Source of the DNA: Eubacteriales bacterium | GTDB taxonomy: Bacteria; Bacillota; Clostridia; Oscillospirales; CAG-272 | DNA length: 45,946 nucleotides | Assembly: GCA_045658185.1 (NCBI GenBank) | Contig: JAZOUQ010000072.1 | Coordinates: 1-45,946 of the forward strand | Direction of reading: 5' to 3' | Part shown: positions 29,100-38,493 of the stretch, piece after piece | Layout: each line of letters begins with the position of its first letter | Numbering within the stretch: the first letter of the stretch is position 1 | The notes under the pieces: model-generated | Database searches by the model: none | What the model was told of the DNA's origin: nothing | What the model saw: only the letters and a program-made list of their open reading frames with translations | Made by a program: the position numbers and the translations under genes

Positions 29100-29118
29100 A
29101 TCTTCGGAGGAATGAAAA

Positions 29119-30912
29119 ATGGCAGAACTTTTAAGAGCTAACGATAAAAGAACCCATATGTGTGCTACGCTGACCGCCCAAAACGTAGGCGAGAGCGTTT
29201 GCGTTATGGGTTGGGTACAGAAGCAGAGAGATCTCGGTTCTCTTATCTTCATTGACCTTCGCGACCGCACCGGTATAGTACAGCTGGCGTTCGACGAAAA
29301 GACCGACAAGGATATATTTGACCGTGCATTCGGTATCAGAGCAGAATACGTTCTCTGTGCAAAGGGCGTGGTACGCCGCAGAGGCGAGGGAGCGATAAAT
29401 AAAAATCTTCCCACTGGTGAGATAGAGATCGCCGTTGACGAGCTTCGTATACTTTCCGCATCCGAAACACCTCCCTTCGAGATAGTTGAGAACAGCAACG
29501 TTAACGCGGAGCTTCGTCTGCGTCACCGTTATCTCGATCTCCGCCGTCCCGATATGCAGAAGAACATTATCGCACGTTCACGCATTTCTAAAATTGCCCG
29601 TGACTACTATGCAGACAACGGCTTTATAGATATAGAAACACCCAATCTTTGTAAGCCTACTCCCGAGGGAGCACGTGACTATCTCGTTCCCTCCAGAGTT
29701 CACAGAGGAAAGTTCTATGCTCTCCCCCAGTCCCCCCAGCTTTACAAGCAGTTGCTTATGGTTTCGGGATTTGACCGTTACTTCCAGATCGCACGTTGCT
29801 TCCGTGACGAGGACCTGAGAGCTGACCGTCAGCCTGAGTTTACACAGATAGATACGGAGATGTCCTTCGTCACCGCAGACGACGTAATGAAGATGCACGA
29901 GGGTTTCCTCAAAAAGGTTATGAAGGAGTTTATCGGCACAGAGCTTACCGAGGACTTCATTCGTATGCCCTATGCCGAGGCTATGGACCGTTTCGGCTCG
30001 GACAAGCCCGATATTCGTTTTGGCTTCGAGCTTACCAATCTTTCCGAGTGCGTAAAGAACTGCGGATTCAAGGTGTTCGCAGGTGCAGTTGAGGCAGGAG
30101 GCTCGGTAAGAGGTATAAACGTTAAGGGCGGTGCTAAATTCTCCCGTAAGGAGATCGACTCCCTTGTTGAATTTGTTAAGTCTTACCGTGCAAAGGGTCT
30201 TGCTTGGCTCAAATGGGCGGAAAGCGGAGAGATCTCCTCTTCCTACGCAAAGTTCCTTACCGATGAGGAGAATGAGGCTATCAAGACAACTATGGGTGCT
30301 GAGGCAGGCGACCTTATCCTTATCGTTGCAGACAAGAACAAGGTAGTATTCGACTCTCTCGGTGCTTTGCGTTGCGAGTGTGCAAAGAGAATGAATATAC
30401 TCGATCCCTTCGACTTCAAGTTCCTGTGGGTAACCGAGTTCCCTCTTCTCGAGTACAGCGAGGAGGATGAACGCTTCTACGCTATGCACCACCCCTTCAC
30501 CTCTCCTATGGACGAGGACCTTCAGTATATTGACACAGACCCCGGCAGAGTTCGTGCAAAGGCTTACGATATAGTTCTTAACGGCACGGAGCTTGGCGGC
30601 GGTTCTATAAGAATACACGACTCCGAAATACAGAAGAAGATGTTCTCCGTTCTCGGTCTTTCCGAGGAGGAGGCAAAGGAGAAGTTCGGATACCTGCTTG
30701 ACGCGTTCCGCTACGGAGTACCTCCTCACGGCGGACTTGCATTTGGATTCGACCGCTTGGTAACTCTGCTTCTCGGTCTTGAGGACATAAGGGACGTTAT
30801 CGCCTTCCCCAAGGTTCAGAACGCTTCCGAGCTTATGACCAAGTGTCCCTCCGAGCCCGATCCCAAGGCTCTTGACGAGCTTGGACTTGCGGTTACTGCC
30901 GAGCAAGAATAA
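29119..30912 (+). CDS. aspS: Aspartate--tRNA ligase
   Basis: RTHMC, RDLGSLIFIDLRD, TPEGARDYLVPSR, ALPQSPQLYKQLLM, FRDEDLRADRQPEFTQID, PPHGGLAFG. Confidence 0.98.
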   Translation: MAELLRANDKRTHMCATLTAQNVGESVCVMGWVQKQRDLGSLIFIDLRDRTGIVQLAFDEKTDKDIFDRAFGIRAEYVLCAKGVVRRRGEGAINKNLPTGEIEIAVDELRILSASETPPFEIVENSNVNAELRLRHRYLDLRRPDMQKNIIARSRISKIARDYYADNGFIDIETPNLCKPTPEGARDYLVPSRVHRGKFYALPQSPQLYKQLLMVSGFDRYFQIARCFRDEDLRADRQPEFTQIDTEMSFVTADDVMKMHEGFLKKVMKEFIGTELTEDFIRMPYAEAMDRFGSDKPDIRFGFELTNLSECVKNCGFKVFAGAVEAGGSVRGINVKGGAKFSRKEIDSLVEFVKSYRAKGLAWLKWAESGEISSSYAKFLTDEENEAIKTTMGAEAGDLILIVADKNKVVFDSLGALRCECAKRMNILDPFDFKFLWVTEFPLLEYSEEDERFYAMHHPFTSPMDEDLQYIDTDPGRVRAKAYDIVLNGTELGGGSIRIHDSEIQKKMFSVLGLSEEEAKEKFGYLLDAFRYGVPPHGGLAFGFDRLVTLLLGLEDIRDVIAFPKVQNASELMTKCPSEPDPKALDELGLAVTAEQE

Positions 30913-30968
30913 TAAAGAAAAATTCCCACCCCTCAACACGGGTGGGAATTTTCACAGAAAGGATAATT

Positions 30969-31547
30969 ATGTACAACTTTTTCGCTTATATGTCAAGAAT
31001 GAAGCTCATTCGCCGTTGGAGTCTTATGAAGGCGGTGACCGAGGAAAATATTGCAGAGCATTCCGCACAGGTAGCACAGATAGCCCACGCACTTGCCGTT
31101 ATCGGAAACAGAGTATACGGCAAAAATCTCAACGCGGACAGAATTGCCACTCTCGCTCTCTACCACGAAAGCAGCGAGGTAATAACAGGCGACCTGCCTA
31201 CGCCTATAAAATACTACAATCCCGATATAAGAAAAGCATACAAAGAGATAGAAAGCGTGGCAAACGACAAGCTGTTGTCTATGCTTCCCGAAGAGCTCAA
31301 AGAGGATTATGCTCCTCTTATATCGCAGGACGAGAACGGATATGAGCATAGGCTGGTAAAGGCGGCTGACAAGCTGTCGGCGTATATCAAGTGCATTGAG
31401 GAAATGAAAAGCGGAAACAGAGAATTTGCAAAAGCAGAAATATCTCTCAAAGCCTCTGTGGAGGAGTATTTCGATCTCCCCGAGGTAAAATATTTTTGCG
31501 ATAAATTTATTCCCTCTTTTGGCAAAACATTGGATGAGTTGGATTGA
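30969..31547 (+). CDS. yfbR: HD-family 5'-deoxynucleotidase (YfbR-like)
   Basis: SRMKLIRRWSLM..ENIAEHS, ALYHE..EVITGDLPTPIKY, VKAADKLSAYIKC. Confidence 0.9.
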   Translation: MYNFFAYMSRMKLIRRWSLMKAVTEENIAEHSAQVAQIAHALAVIGNRVYGKNLNADRIATLALYHESSEVITGDLPTPIKYYNPDIRKAYKEIESVANDKLLSMLPEELKEDYAPLISQDENGYEHRLVKAADKLSAYIKCIEEMKSGNREFAKAEISLKASVEEYFDLPEVKYFCDKFIPSFGKTLDELD

Positions 31548-31584
31548 GAACATCAAAAGCGGATTGTACACTGATACAATCCGC

Positions 31585-31794
31585 TTATTTTTTAGTGTTG
31601 CTTCTTCCCACAAGATAATCCAAAGATACTCCGTAATAATCGGCAAGCTTTATAGCCGCCCACAACGGCAATTCTCTCTCGCCACGCTCATACCGTTGAT
31701 AAACCGTAACGTGCATATTTAACAGCAAAGCTATATCTTTTTGAGTTTTATCGTTATCTTCCCGTAGGTCGCGTACTCTTTTATATACAAACAT
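31585..31794 (-). CDS. Small XRE-family HTH regulator
   Basis: RVRDLREDNDKTQKDIA...YQRYERGERELP...KLADYYGVSLDYLVG. Confidence 0.88.
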   Translation of the reverse strand: MFVYKRVRDLREDNDKTQKDIALLLNMHVTVYQRYERGERELPLWAAIKLADYYGVSLDYLVGRSNTKK

Positions 31795-31847
31795 AATATT
31801 TTCCTGCTAATATTTTCTATTGACCATTATACACAAAAGGACTAAAA

Positions 31848-32933
31848 TTAGTCCTTTTGTTGTTTCTTGGTATTCCTTACAATAAGCATCACGCAACGCT
31901 TGACGTATTTTTTTGACAGAGGGTCAAGTTCGTTCCAAGCCTTGATAAGCTTTAAGCGGTCGGAGTTAAGGTCGGTGAGAGTCTTTGCGTTGGTGGACGA
32001 AAGTATTTCGTAAAGAGAATCAAGAGTCTGCTTTCGCTCGTCCATAGACATTTCGTCAAGCCAAGTTTTAAGTCCCGTATCTATCCGTCGGCACTCATCT
32101 GTAACCGTATCCATTCTTACAAATCTGCCGCCCATCACTTCCCACGAAAATGCGTTGTGCTGGAGCAGACCGTTCATCGAGCTTTTTACCACGTCGTAGT
32201 TCTCCTCGTGTTCCAGCAACATTCCGACGATTGAGGTCTGCGGAACAAGAGTGCGAATACGTTCTCTCGTTCGGGCGTATTCCTCGCTTTCGATAAATTC
32301 CTTATTAAATCCCGGTCCGTCGTTGTTGTACACGGCTACTATTCTTGAATTGGTCAGCTCACTGCACTTCACCGCCCCATAGACGGCAAGATTCCCCCCC
32401 TTGCTGTGACCGCCAACGTATATACGTCGGTCAGGAAACGCCTCGGCTATTCTTTCGATATACTTCACCGCCTCGGTCTGTGCGGGAATAGGACACATAA
32501 AGCTCATATTAAAGCTTTCCTTCCAGCCAACGATAGTATCGTCCGTTCCTCTGAACGCCACAAAGCACTCGTCCTCTCCTATAAGAAAGGTTATCGCACT
32601 GAATTGCTTTTGGTCGATGTCCGATACCTTGTTTACGTAAGCAATAACAGACGTTTGAGAAAAACGCAGCGACCTTGCCGCCTTGACGGCTATATTCACC
32701 ACCTCGGGGGGCATTATAGCTCCAAGATTTATAGCCTCCCCCTTGTGGGCGTTGACGTATCTTTTGATTGCAGAAACAAAGCCGACGGGCTTTGCCTTGG
32801 TGGATGCGGGAACCATTCCTTTGAAATCAATATAGCATATCTGGGAGAAGATCATATTATCCACCTCTCCAACGCCAACCGTGTCGAAGGATATATCCCC
32901 TCTCCAATCAATATAATCAAACAGCGTTCCCAT
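31848..32933 (-). CDS. DUF2974 (Mbeg1-like) alpha/beta hydrolase
   Basis: YIDWRGDISF, KQFSA, VAFRGTDDTIVGWKESFNMSF, GHSKGGNLA nucleophile elbow, DGPGF, QHNAFSW. Confidence 0.88.
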   Translation of the reverse strand: MGTLFDYIDWRGDISFDTVGVGEVDNMIFSQICYIDFKGMVPASTKAKPVGFVSAIKRYVNAHKGEAINLGAIMPPEVVNIAVKAARSLRFSQTSVIAYVNKVSDIDQKQFSAITFLIGEDECFVAFRGTDDTIVGWKESFNMSFMCPIPAQTEAVKYIERIAEAFPDRRIYVGGHSKGGNLAVYGAVKCSELTNSRIVAVYNNDGPGFNKEFIESEEYARTRERIRTLVPQTSIVGMLLEHEENYDVVKSSMNGLLQHNAFSWEVMGGRFVRMDTVTDECRRIDTGLKTWLDEMSMDERKQTLDSLYEILSSTNAKTLTDLNSDRLKLIKAWNELDPLSKKYVKRCVMLIVRNTKKQQKD

Positions 32934-32950
32934 AATCTAAATCAACTCCT

Positions 32951-33148
32951 TCAGATTTGTTTATGTACGCTCTTGTATTCGTCGTAAAAGCGGTAATAAG
33001 GACAGCCCTTGGTCGAGCCAGAAAGGAAGTTCGACATCTCGTCCTGATCAAGCTTTGCCATACATACGTATTCCTCGTACTCCTCGTCGTAGTCGTAAAA
33101 CTCACAGCTCTCGCAGTTGGTTATTCTTTTTTTGCCGTTCATATACAT
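32951..33148 (-). CDS. Small Cys-rich conserved protein (DUF6472-like)
   Basis: NCESCEFYDYDEEYEEYVC..LDQDE...CPYYRFYDEYKSVHKQI; in the same run of genes as ruvX. Confidence 0.7.
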   Translation of the reverse strand: MYMNGKKRITNCESCEFYDYDEEYEEYVCMAKLDQDEMSNFLSGSTKGCPYYRFYDEYKSVHKQI

Positions 33149-33151
33149 TCC

Positions 33152-33622
33152 TCAATTCATATATTTGAGCCTATCAAGACAGTTCTGCAATATTATCTGA
33201 GCAGACAGCGTATCTATGACCTGCTTTCTTTTCTTCCCTCTCGTATTTGTTTCGTTAAGATACCGAGAGGCGGTCATTGTGGTCATTCGCTCGTCAAAGG
33301 TAGCGACCGCAATTTCCTCGCCCAAAAGCTGCTTTAACATATATGCGAACTTTTCACATCTCTGTGCCCGTCCGCCGTGACTGCCGTCCATATTGACGGG
33401 GAGTCCCACGATAACGGCGACAGCTCCGTTTTCCTTTGCCGCCTCGGCCACCGCCTCCACGGTCTTATCTATTCCGCCGGGACTTATGTATCCTATTCCC
33501 GAAGCTATAAATCTCGATACGTCGGACACGGCAAGTCCTGTACGGACGTCACCGAAATCCACGCTCATTATCTTCCCTTTGCTTTCCTTGACCCTCTGCA
33601 GGGTATCCAAGCCTTCCATCAT
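33152..33622 (-). CDS. ruvX: YqgF/RuvX pre-16S rRNA nuclease
   Basis: SVDFGDVRTGLAVSD, VGLPVNMDGS, DERMTT, IDTLSAQIILQ. Confidence 0.93.
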   Translation of the reverse strand: MMEGLDTLQRVKESKGKIMSVDFGDVRTGLAVSDVSRFIASGIGYISPGGIDKTVEAVAEAAKENGAVAVIVGLPVNMDGSHGGRAQRCEKFAYMLKQLLGEEIAVATFDERMTTMTASRYLNETNTRGKKRKQVIDTLSAQIILQNCLDRLKYMN

Positions 33623-34803
33623 TTGCCTTTCCTTTCGTCTATTATCCCGATTGCCATTTCCTTTAGCAACTCGCTGTCATTCTTGGTGGGATCATCTATG
33701 ACCGCACTCATAAGTCGGTCAAGTATTTCTCCTATCGCCTTTCCCTTAACACCCATTTCCGCAAGGGTTTTTCCGTTTATTTTAAGCTCTTTTAAGCTAC
33801 ACGGCGTATCCGCTTGTTTTTGGGTCAGCTCATACGCCCCCTCTCCTGAGTTCCCGCAAAGCTCCGACGCTCTTGCGGCGGAGAGTGCATACACTCCCGT
33901 ATCGGCAATAAGTCTACGGGCATCAGCAGAGTCGCTTACGCATCTTACGCTTCCTCGGGCAACCGCCATTGCTCCCGTTATCTGCTTGTTGGAGCAACGC
34001 AAGGAGTGTAATATATATCTCGCCTTTTCTTCGTCTGCCTCGCAAAGCAAAAATCCAAGCCTTGACGGTATGTCGTTCGGCATTTTTTCTATTTGAGAAA
34101 CAACTCTGTCTGACGGTAAATAATCTCCCAAAACGTATTCAACAACTCCCGTTTCTATCATAAGGTTTATTGAATTTTGAGGCGAAGGACAGGTAATAAG
34201 CTTTAAAAACTCATTTCCCACACGCTCTCTCGCAATATATTCAAGACCGCCCTTGGTTTCGCTGATCCCGTCAAGCGTTCGTGCCTCTATATCGAAACCT
34301 AACTGTGCCGAAAACCTGAACGCCCTCATAATTCGCAAGGCGTCCTCGCGAAATCTCTCGCTCGGCTCTCTCACCGCACGAATCGTTCTGCGTTCTATAT
34401 CCTCTCTTCCGCCAAACGGGTCAACAAGTCCGTCCCTTTGACTATACGCCATAGCGTTGACGGTAAAATCTCTTCTTGATAGGTCTGCCACTATATCCGA
34501 CGTAAAGCTCACCGAGTCGGGGTGACGGGAATCGGTATAGCTTCCATCTATACGAAAGGTGGTTATCTCCACAGGCTCACCGTCCCACACCACCGTTACA
34601 GTTCCGTGCTTTATCCCCGTTTCTATAACGTGCTTGTCCGAAAATATCCGTGCCGTCACCTCAGGCAAAGCCGAGGTAGCTATATCGTAATCGTGAGGGG
34701 GAATACCTATGAGTATATCCCTGAGGCTTCCGCCAACTATATATGCCTTCTCACCGTTTTTCTCAAAACGTCCTATTATCTCGCCAATATAAGCAGGATA
34801 CAT
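33619..34803 (-). CDS. cca: CCA tRNA nucleotidyltransferase
   Basis: VGGSLRD..DYDIAT, GIKHGTV, EITTFR, DLSRRDFTVNAMA, RFREDALRIMRAFRF; start at MYPAY after a GGAGGGG RBS and TTGACA-17-TATAAT promoter. Confidence 0.92.
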   Translation of the reverse strand: MYPAYIGEIIGRFEKNGEKAYIVGGSLRDILIGIPPHDYDIATSALPEVTARIFSDKHVIETGIKHGTVTVVWDGEPVEITTFRIDGSYTDSRHPDSVSFTSDIVADLSRRDFTVNAMAYSQRDGLVDPFGGREDIERRTIRAVREPSERFREDALRIMRAFRFSAQLGFDIEARTLDGISETKGGLEYIARERVGNEFLKLITCPSPQNSINLMIETGVVEYVLGDYLPSDRVVSQIEKMPNDIPSRLGFLLCEADEEKARYILHSLRCSNKQITGAMAVARGSVRCVSDSADARRLIADTGVYALSAARASELCGNSGEGAYELTQKQADTPCSLKELKINGKTLAEMGVKGKAIGEILDRLMSAVIDDPTKNDSELLKEMAIGIIDERKGK

Positions 34804-34907
34804 CGCCTCTCCCCTCCCTTTAGTATATTTCCAACTGTATTTATTATACACTCTTTTTTGACGTATGTCAATGAAAAAGACCGCACATTCATCTTTAATC
34901 AAGAAAA

Positions 34908-34941
34908 AGCAGGGTTGAGTCGTTTTCGACTCAACCCTGTT
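34908..34941 (-). terminator. Terminator, GGCTGAGTC family copy 6
   Basis: CAGGGTTGAGTCG-TTTT-CGACTCAACCCTG. Confidence 0.8.
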
Positions 34942-34953
34942 GATTACGGTCGG

Positions 34954-36423
34954 TTAATATGGATACTCTTCCCCATAATTAGATCCGATCAAATCTTGGA
35001 TCTTTTCAAACCACTTTTCGATATCCTCTTCGGTAATATCGGAAATTCGATCAAATTTATCGGGGGCAGCGGGAATATCATCCTTTTCGTCGATTATTAT
35101 AGTAATATCCGCATCATAAGTATATGTTGTTTCGCTGCTGTCCTCCCAAGATTCATATCGTACAGTCAGCTTTTCGACAGTAATGGTAGTGGTATCCCCA
35201 TCGGTTATATAGTCACCCTTAATGGTAATATATCCATCACCCAATGAAAGCTTGTAAGATTCGCCTTTCTTGTCTATGGATACTTTTATGACAGTTTCTC
35301 CATCGGCCTCAAGCTTAGCCTCGTACGTATCCTTGGTATTCTCGCTGATCACATAGGATAGCTCTTCTCCATCTATCTCTACGTTTATCTCGTTGGTCTT
35401 CTTAACTCCGTCTTTACCGAAATCAATAGAAAATACCGTATCTCCGTCAACCTCGATCTCAGCCTTCAGAAGCTTATGGCTCATCTTGGGCGTGATTATT
35501 TTTATCTCGGTGTCATCACACTGATCCTCAATTTCATCACAGATAACATCTATTCTATCCTCCATATCCTCGAGATACTCTTCATAAAGCTCACCCAAGG
35601 AATCGGAATCAAGCTTAAACAAATAATCTGCCAACGCAAGAGATGAACCGTGTTCATCAAGGAAATCGCCTATTGTTTTATCCTCGCAAAGGTATTCGTA
35701 TATATCTCTTACGATATTGGCAATATCATCGCCATCCATTTTGATGGTTATAACTCTTACCTTTTCTCTTTGTCCGTTAAGTCTTACCTCATCGTTGTCG
35801 CTTTCAAACTCAACGTTATCACATATTATTTCATAAATGTTTTTGATATGCTCTTCCGCCAATTCCTCTGCATCCTTGCGAAGCTTCTCGTTATCAGTAT
35901 CCTTCAAGGATTCTAACGTTTCCATAATAGCGTCGTACGTATCCTCGTCCTGAATAGCATAATCAGAGCCAGAGCCGTACGCAAATATGGAATCCTCAAA
36001 ATCATTCGCCGCGTCCTTGTATACTATTCCATATTTTCCGTCAAATATTTCATCCTCGGATATATATATCATATCTGATGATGTATAAATGTCACCATCT
36101 ATCTTTACACCAAAAAGATCTACTTTTATGTCCTCAGCCATAAATGCATCTTCAGAAAAATAGATCTTACCACTTACTTTTCCGCCTTTCAGCATATCGT
36201 AATCATCGGATTTAAACTCGTCAACCGATACAGATAAAGAACCACCGTGGAGCATATTCCATACAGGTGCGATCTCCTCTCTCTCCAACAGATCCTCTAT
36301 AGCTCCCTGAACAGCACTGAAAGCCACCTTCTCAGGCTTATTGTATATTACAGCTGCAAATATTCCGGCACCAACACCGATAGCCAAAACAATAGCCAAT
36401 AAAATTGCAATTACCTTTTTCAT
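34954..36423 (-). CDS. Hypothetical acidic membrane-anchored/exported protein
   Basis: N-terminal MKKVIAILLAIVLAIGVGAGIFAAVIY anchor followed by a very Asp/Glu-rich body; own TTGACA-17-TATAAT promoter. Confidence 0.75.
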   Translation of the reverse strand: MKKVIAILLAIVLAIGVGAGIFAAVIYNKPEKVAFSAVQGAIEDLLEREEIAPVWNMLHGGSLSVSVDEFKSDDYDMLKGGKVSGKIYFSEDAFMAEDIKVDLFGVKIDGDIYTSSDMIYISEDEIFDGKYGIVYKDAANDFEDSIFAYGSGSDYAIQDEDTYDAIMETLESLKDTDNEKLRKDAEELAEEHIKNIYEIICDNVEFESDNDEVRLNGQREKVRVITIKMDGDDIANIVRDIYEYLCEDKTIGDFLDEHGSSLALADYLFKLDSDSLGELYEEYLEDMEDRIDVICDEIEDQCDDTEIKIITPKMSHKLLKAEIEVDGDTVFSIDFGKDGVKKTNEINVEIDGEELSYVISENTKDTYEAKLEADGETVIKVSIDKKGESYKLSLGDGYITIKGDYITDGDTTTITVEKLTVRYESWEDSSETTYTYDADITIIIDEKDDIPAAPDKFDRISDITEEDIEKWFEKIQDLIGSNYGEEYPY

Positions 36424-36537
36424 TTTTTCCTCCACTAAAAATGTAAATTAATTCGGTGTCAAATTATATTAAAATTTGATCACACACTCATTATACTTCT
36501 TTTCTCAGAAAATGTCAATACTCGATTTGCAAAAAAA

Positions 36538-36568
36538 CAAGGCTAAGTCCCACAAAGACTCAGCCTTG
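36538..36568 (-). terminator. Terminator after 6S RNA, GGCTGAGTC family copy 7
   Basis: Minus strand CAAGGCTGAGTC-TTTGTGG-GACTTAGCCTTG followed by a T run. Confidence 0.8.
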
Positions 36569-36582
36569 ATTTAGTTTAAAGA

Positions 36583-36794
36583 AAAGCAAGGGGAGTGACA
36601 GCCGCCATTAAATGAACCCTGTATTCCAGGGCGGTGTCCTATCTCCGCTTTACTGCTCCCAGCGTCCTCTGTACACCGTCGAGACAAGTCAATCGAGGGA
36701 GTATGAGGGAGGTCTGCAAACCACTTCGAAATGTATTTCGGACTCCTTTAAAGTGATGTGGTTCTTTATACACGACTGCCACTTCCCTTGCTTT
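36583..36794 (-). ncRNA. ssrS: 6S RNA
   Basis: About 210 nt with complementary ends (AAGCAAGGGAAGTGGCAGTCG / CGGCTGTCACTCCCCTTGCTT), unpaired central region, and Firmicutes 6S-like motifs GGGAGC...CACCGCCCTG...CAGGGTTCA. Confidence 0.8.
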
Positions 36795-36818
36795 TCTTTA
36801 TTGAGTAAGATAAGCGAC

Positions 36819-37127
36819 TTATGCGTCGTAATCTATCTCCTCAGAGAAAAACGTATCGAAGATGTCTGCTATCTTTTCGTACTCAGCGTCATCGTCAACG
36901 GAAACCAGCGAACCGCCTTCCTCGTCCTCTACGTACTTAACGACCACGTATTCCCACTCGTCACTCTCTATATCGGTATCTGCGGGAAGAAGTGCTACGT
37001 AGGTATTACCGTCCATCTGCTGCTGACCGATTATTTCAAACTCAACCTCTTTGCCGTCCTCGTCAACCAGCGTTATTATTCCAAGCTCCTCTTCCTCTTG
37101 AGCCATCATTTCTTTATTTTCATTCAT
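36819..37127 (-). CDS. DUF1292 (UPF0473) acidic protein
   Basis: IITLVDEDGKEVEFEII...GNTYVALLP...LVSVDDDAEYEKIADIF. Confidence 0.88.
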   Translation of the reverse strand: MNENKEMMAQEEEELGIITLVDEDGKEVEFEIIGQQQMDGNTYVALLPADTDIESDEWEYVVVKYVEDEEGGSLVSVDDDAEYEKIADIFDTFFSEEIDYDA

Positions 37128-37225
37128 TCTTCTATTCTCCTGACTACCTTTATTATACTTATATTTTATACTATTATCCGTCTATTGTCAATAAATTTTT
37201 AAATTTGTATTTGTAAATTTTGTAT

Positions 37226-38347
37226 TCACAGTTCCATAAGGTCTGCAAGAACAACATTGCTCACAAGTATCCCCCTCTCGGTAAAGCTCATTCGTTCTCC
37301 GTCGAGCCTCAAAAAGCCTCCCTGAATGTAGTTTTTTACCGTTCCCGATGTTGTTGGAAAGGATTTGCCAAAACGCGACCTGTACTCGGACAGGTCGATA
37401 CCTCTCTCCATTCTCATACCCAGCATAATATATTCTTTTCTGCGTTCCTCAGCATCGAGAGCATATCTTTCCTCCACAATATCCTCGCCTCTCAAAAACG
37501 CGTCAATATCCCTTGAATTTCCAAAACGCTCCCCATTAAAGCAAGAATGTGCGGCAACTCCAAATCCGATATAATCAAGTCCCGTCCAATAACGGGTATT
37601 ATGCCTTGACTCTCTTCCCTCTTTTGAAAAATTGCTTATCTCATATCTGCGGTATCCGCGTCCCGAAAGATATTCGCACATCATACCGTACATACTCGCC
37701 TGCATATCGTCGTCCGCTATTTTCAGCTCGGAAAGATGTCTGTGAAAATACGTCCCCTCCTCGATGCTGAGCCCGTATGCGGATATATGCTCGGGTGCAA
37801 GATCGGAAAGAAATTCCAGCGAATAGCCGAAGCTTTCCATAGTCTGATCGGGAATACCGTACATAAGATCGGCACTTATATTGTCAAACCCCGATGCCCG
37901 TGCGTCCTCAAAGCAAGACACGAAATCCTTCACACCGTGTGCTCTGCCGAGCAGCTCAAGCTCGTTGTCCTTGGCACTTTGAAGCCCTATACTCAAGCGA
38001 TTTACGCCCAAAGAACGGAGAGCCGAAAAATACTCTCTGTCTGCCGTGGCGGGATTGCACTCCATAGTTATCTCCGCACCGCTTGATATATTGTATTTAT
38101 TCACTTCCTCAATAATACGCTCCACGCTCCTTTGAGGCAAAAGCGTAGGAGTTCCTCCGCCAAAATACACCGTATCGACCGTGTATTCCTTTGTCAGAGG
38201 AAGAAAATTTCTCATTCTTCTGCAAAGCTCTTCGGTGTACAACGACATATATTCGCTGTCCTTCCCCGCCACCGAGCAGAAATCACAGTACCCGCATTTT
38301 TTTATACAAAACGGAACGTGTATGTATATTCCAAGACTTTTCTTCAT
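37226..38347 (-). CDS. hemW: Radical SAM heme chaperone HemW (HemN-like)
   Basis: YIHVPFCIKKCGYCDF, YFGGGTPT, NRLSIGLQS, DLMYGIP, YEISNFS, HNTRYW. Confidence 0.92.
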   Translation of the reverse strand: MKKSLGIYIHVPFCIKKCGYCDFCSVAGKDSEYMSLYTEELCRRMRNFLPLTKEYTVDTVYFGGGTPTLLPQRSVERIIEEVNKYNISSGAEITMECNPATADREYFSALRSLGVNRLSIGLQSAKDNELELLGRAHGVKDFVSCFEDARASGFDNISADLMYGIPDQTMESFGYSLEFLSDLAPEHISAYGLSIEEGTYFHRHLSELKIADDDMQASMYGMMCEYLSGRGYRRYEISNFSKEGRESRHNTRYWTGLDYIGFGVAAHSCFNGERFGNSRDIDAFLRGEDIVEERYALDAEERRKEYIMLGMRMERGIDLSEYRSRFGKSFPTTSGTVKNYIQGGFLRLDGERMSFTERGILVSNVVLADLMEL

Positions 38348-38493
38348 CAAAATTCTCCATTGTTTTATACCGTAATTATACCACTATAATCGGGCTTTGT
38401 AAATATGACAAATTAAAATAACCAAAAATCTTGATTTTTGGAAAAATATGTGATACAATATTATAAATACATTTTTGAAAAAGGGGGTAGCAT

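Noticed and set aside
33619-34803. Split CC-adding or A-adding enzyme
   Set aside because: The flexible loop between motifs A and B (RIDGSYTDSRHPDSVSF) is present, which argues against a CC-adding enzyme, and nothing visible supports an A-adding one.
36612-37202. 196-aa plus-strand ORF
   Set aside because: Overlaps the 6S RNA and DUF1292 antisense and has no coding features.
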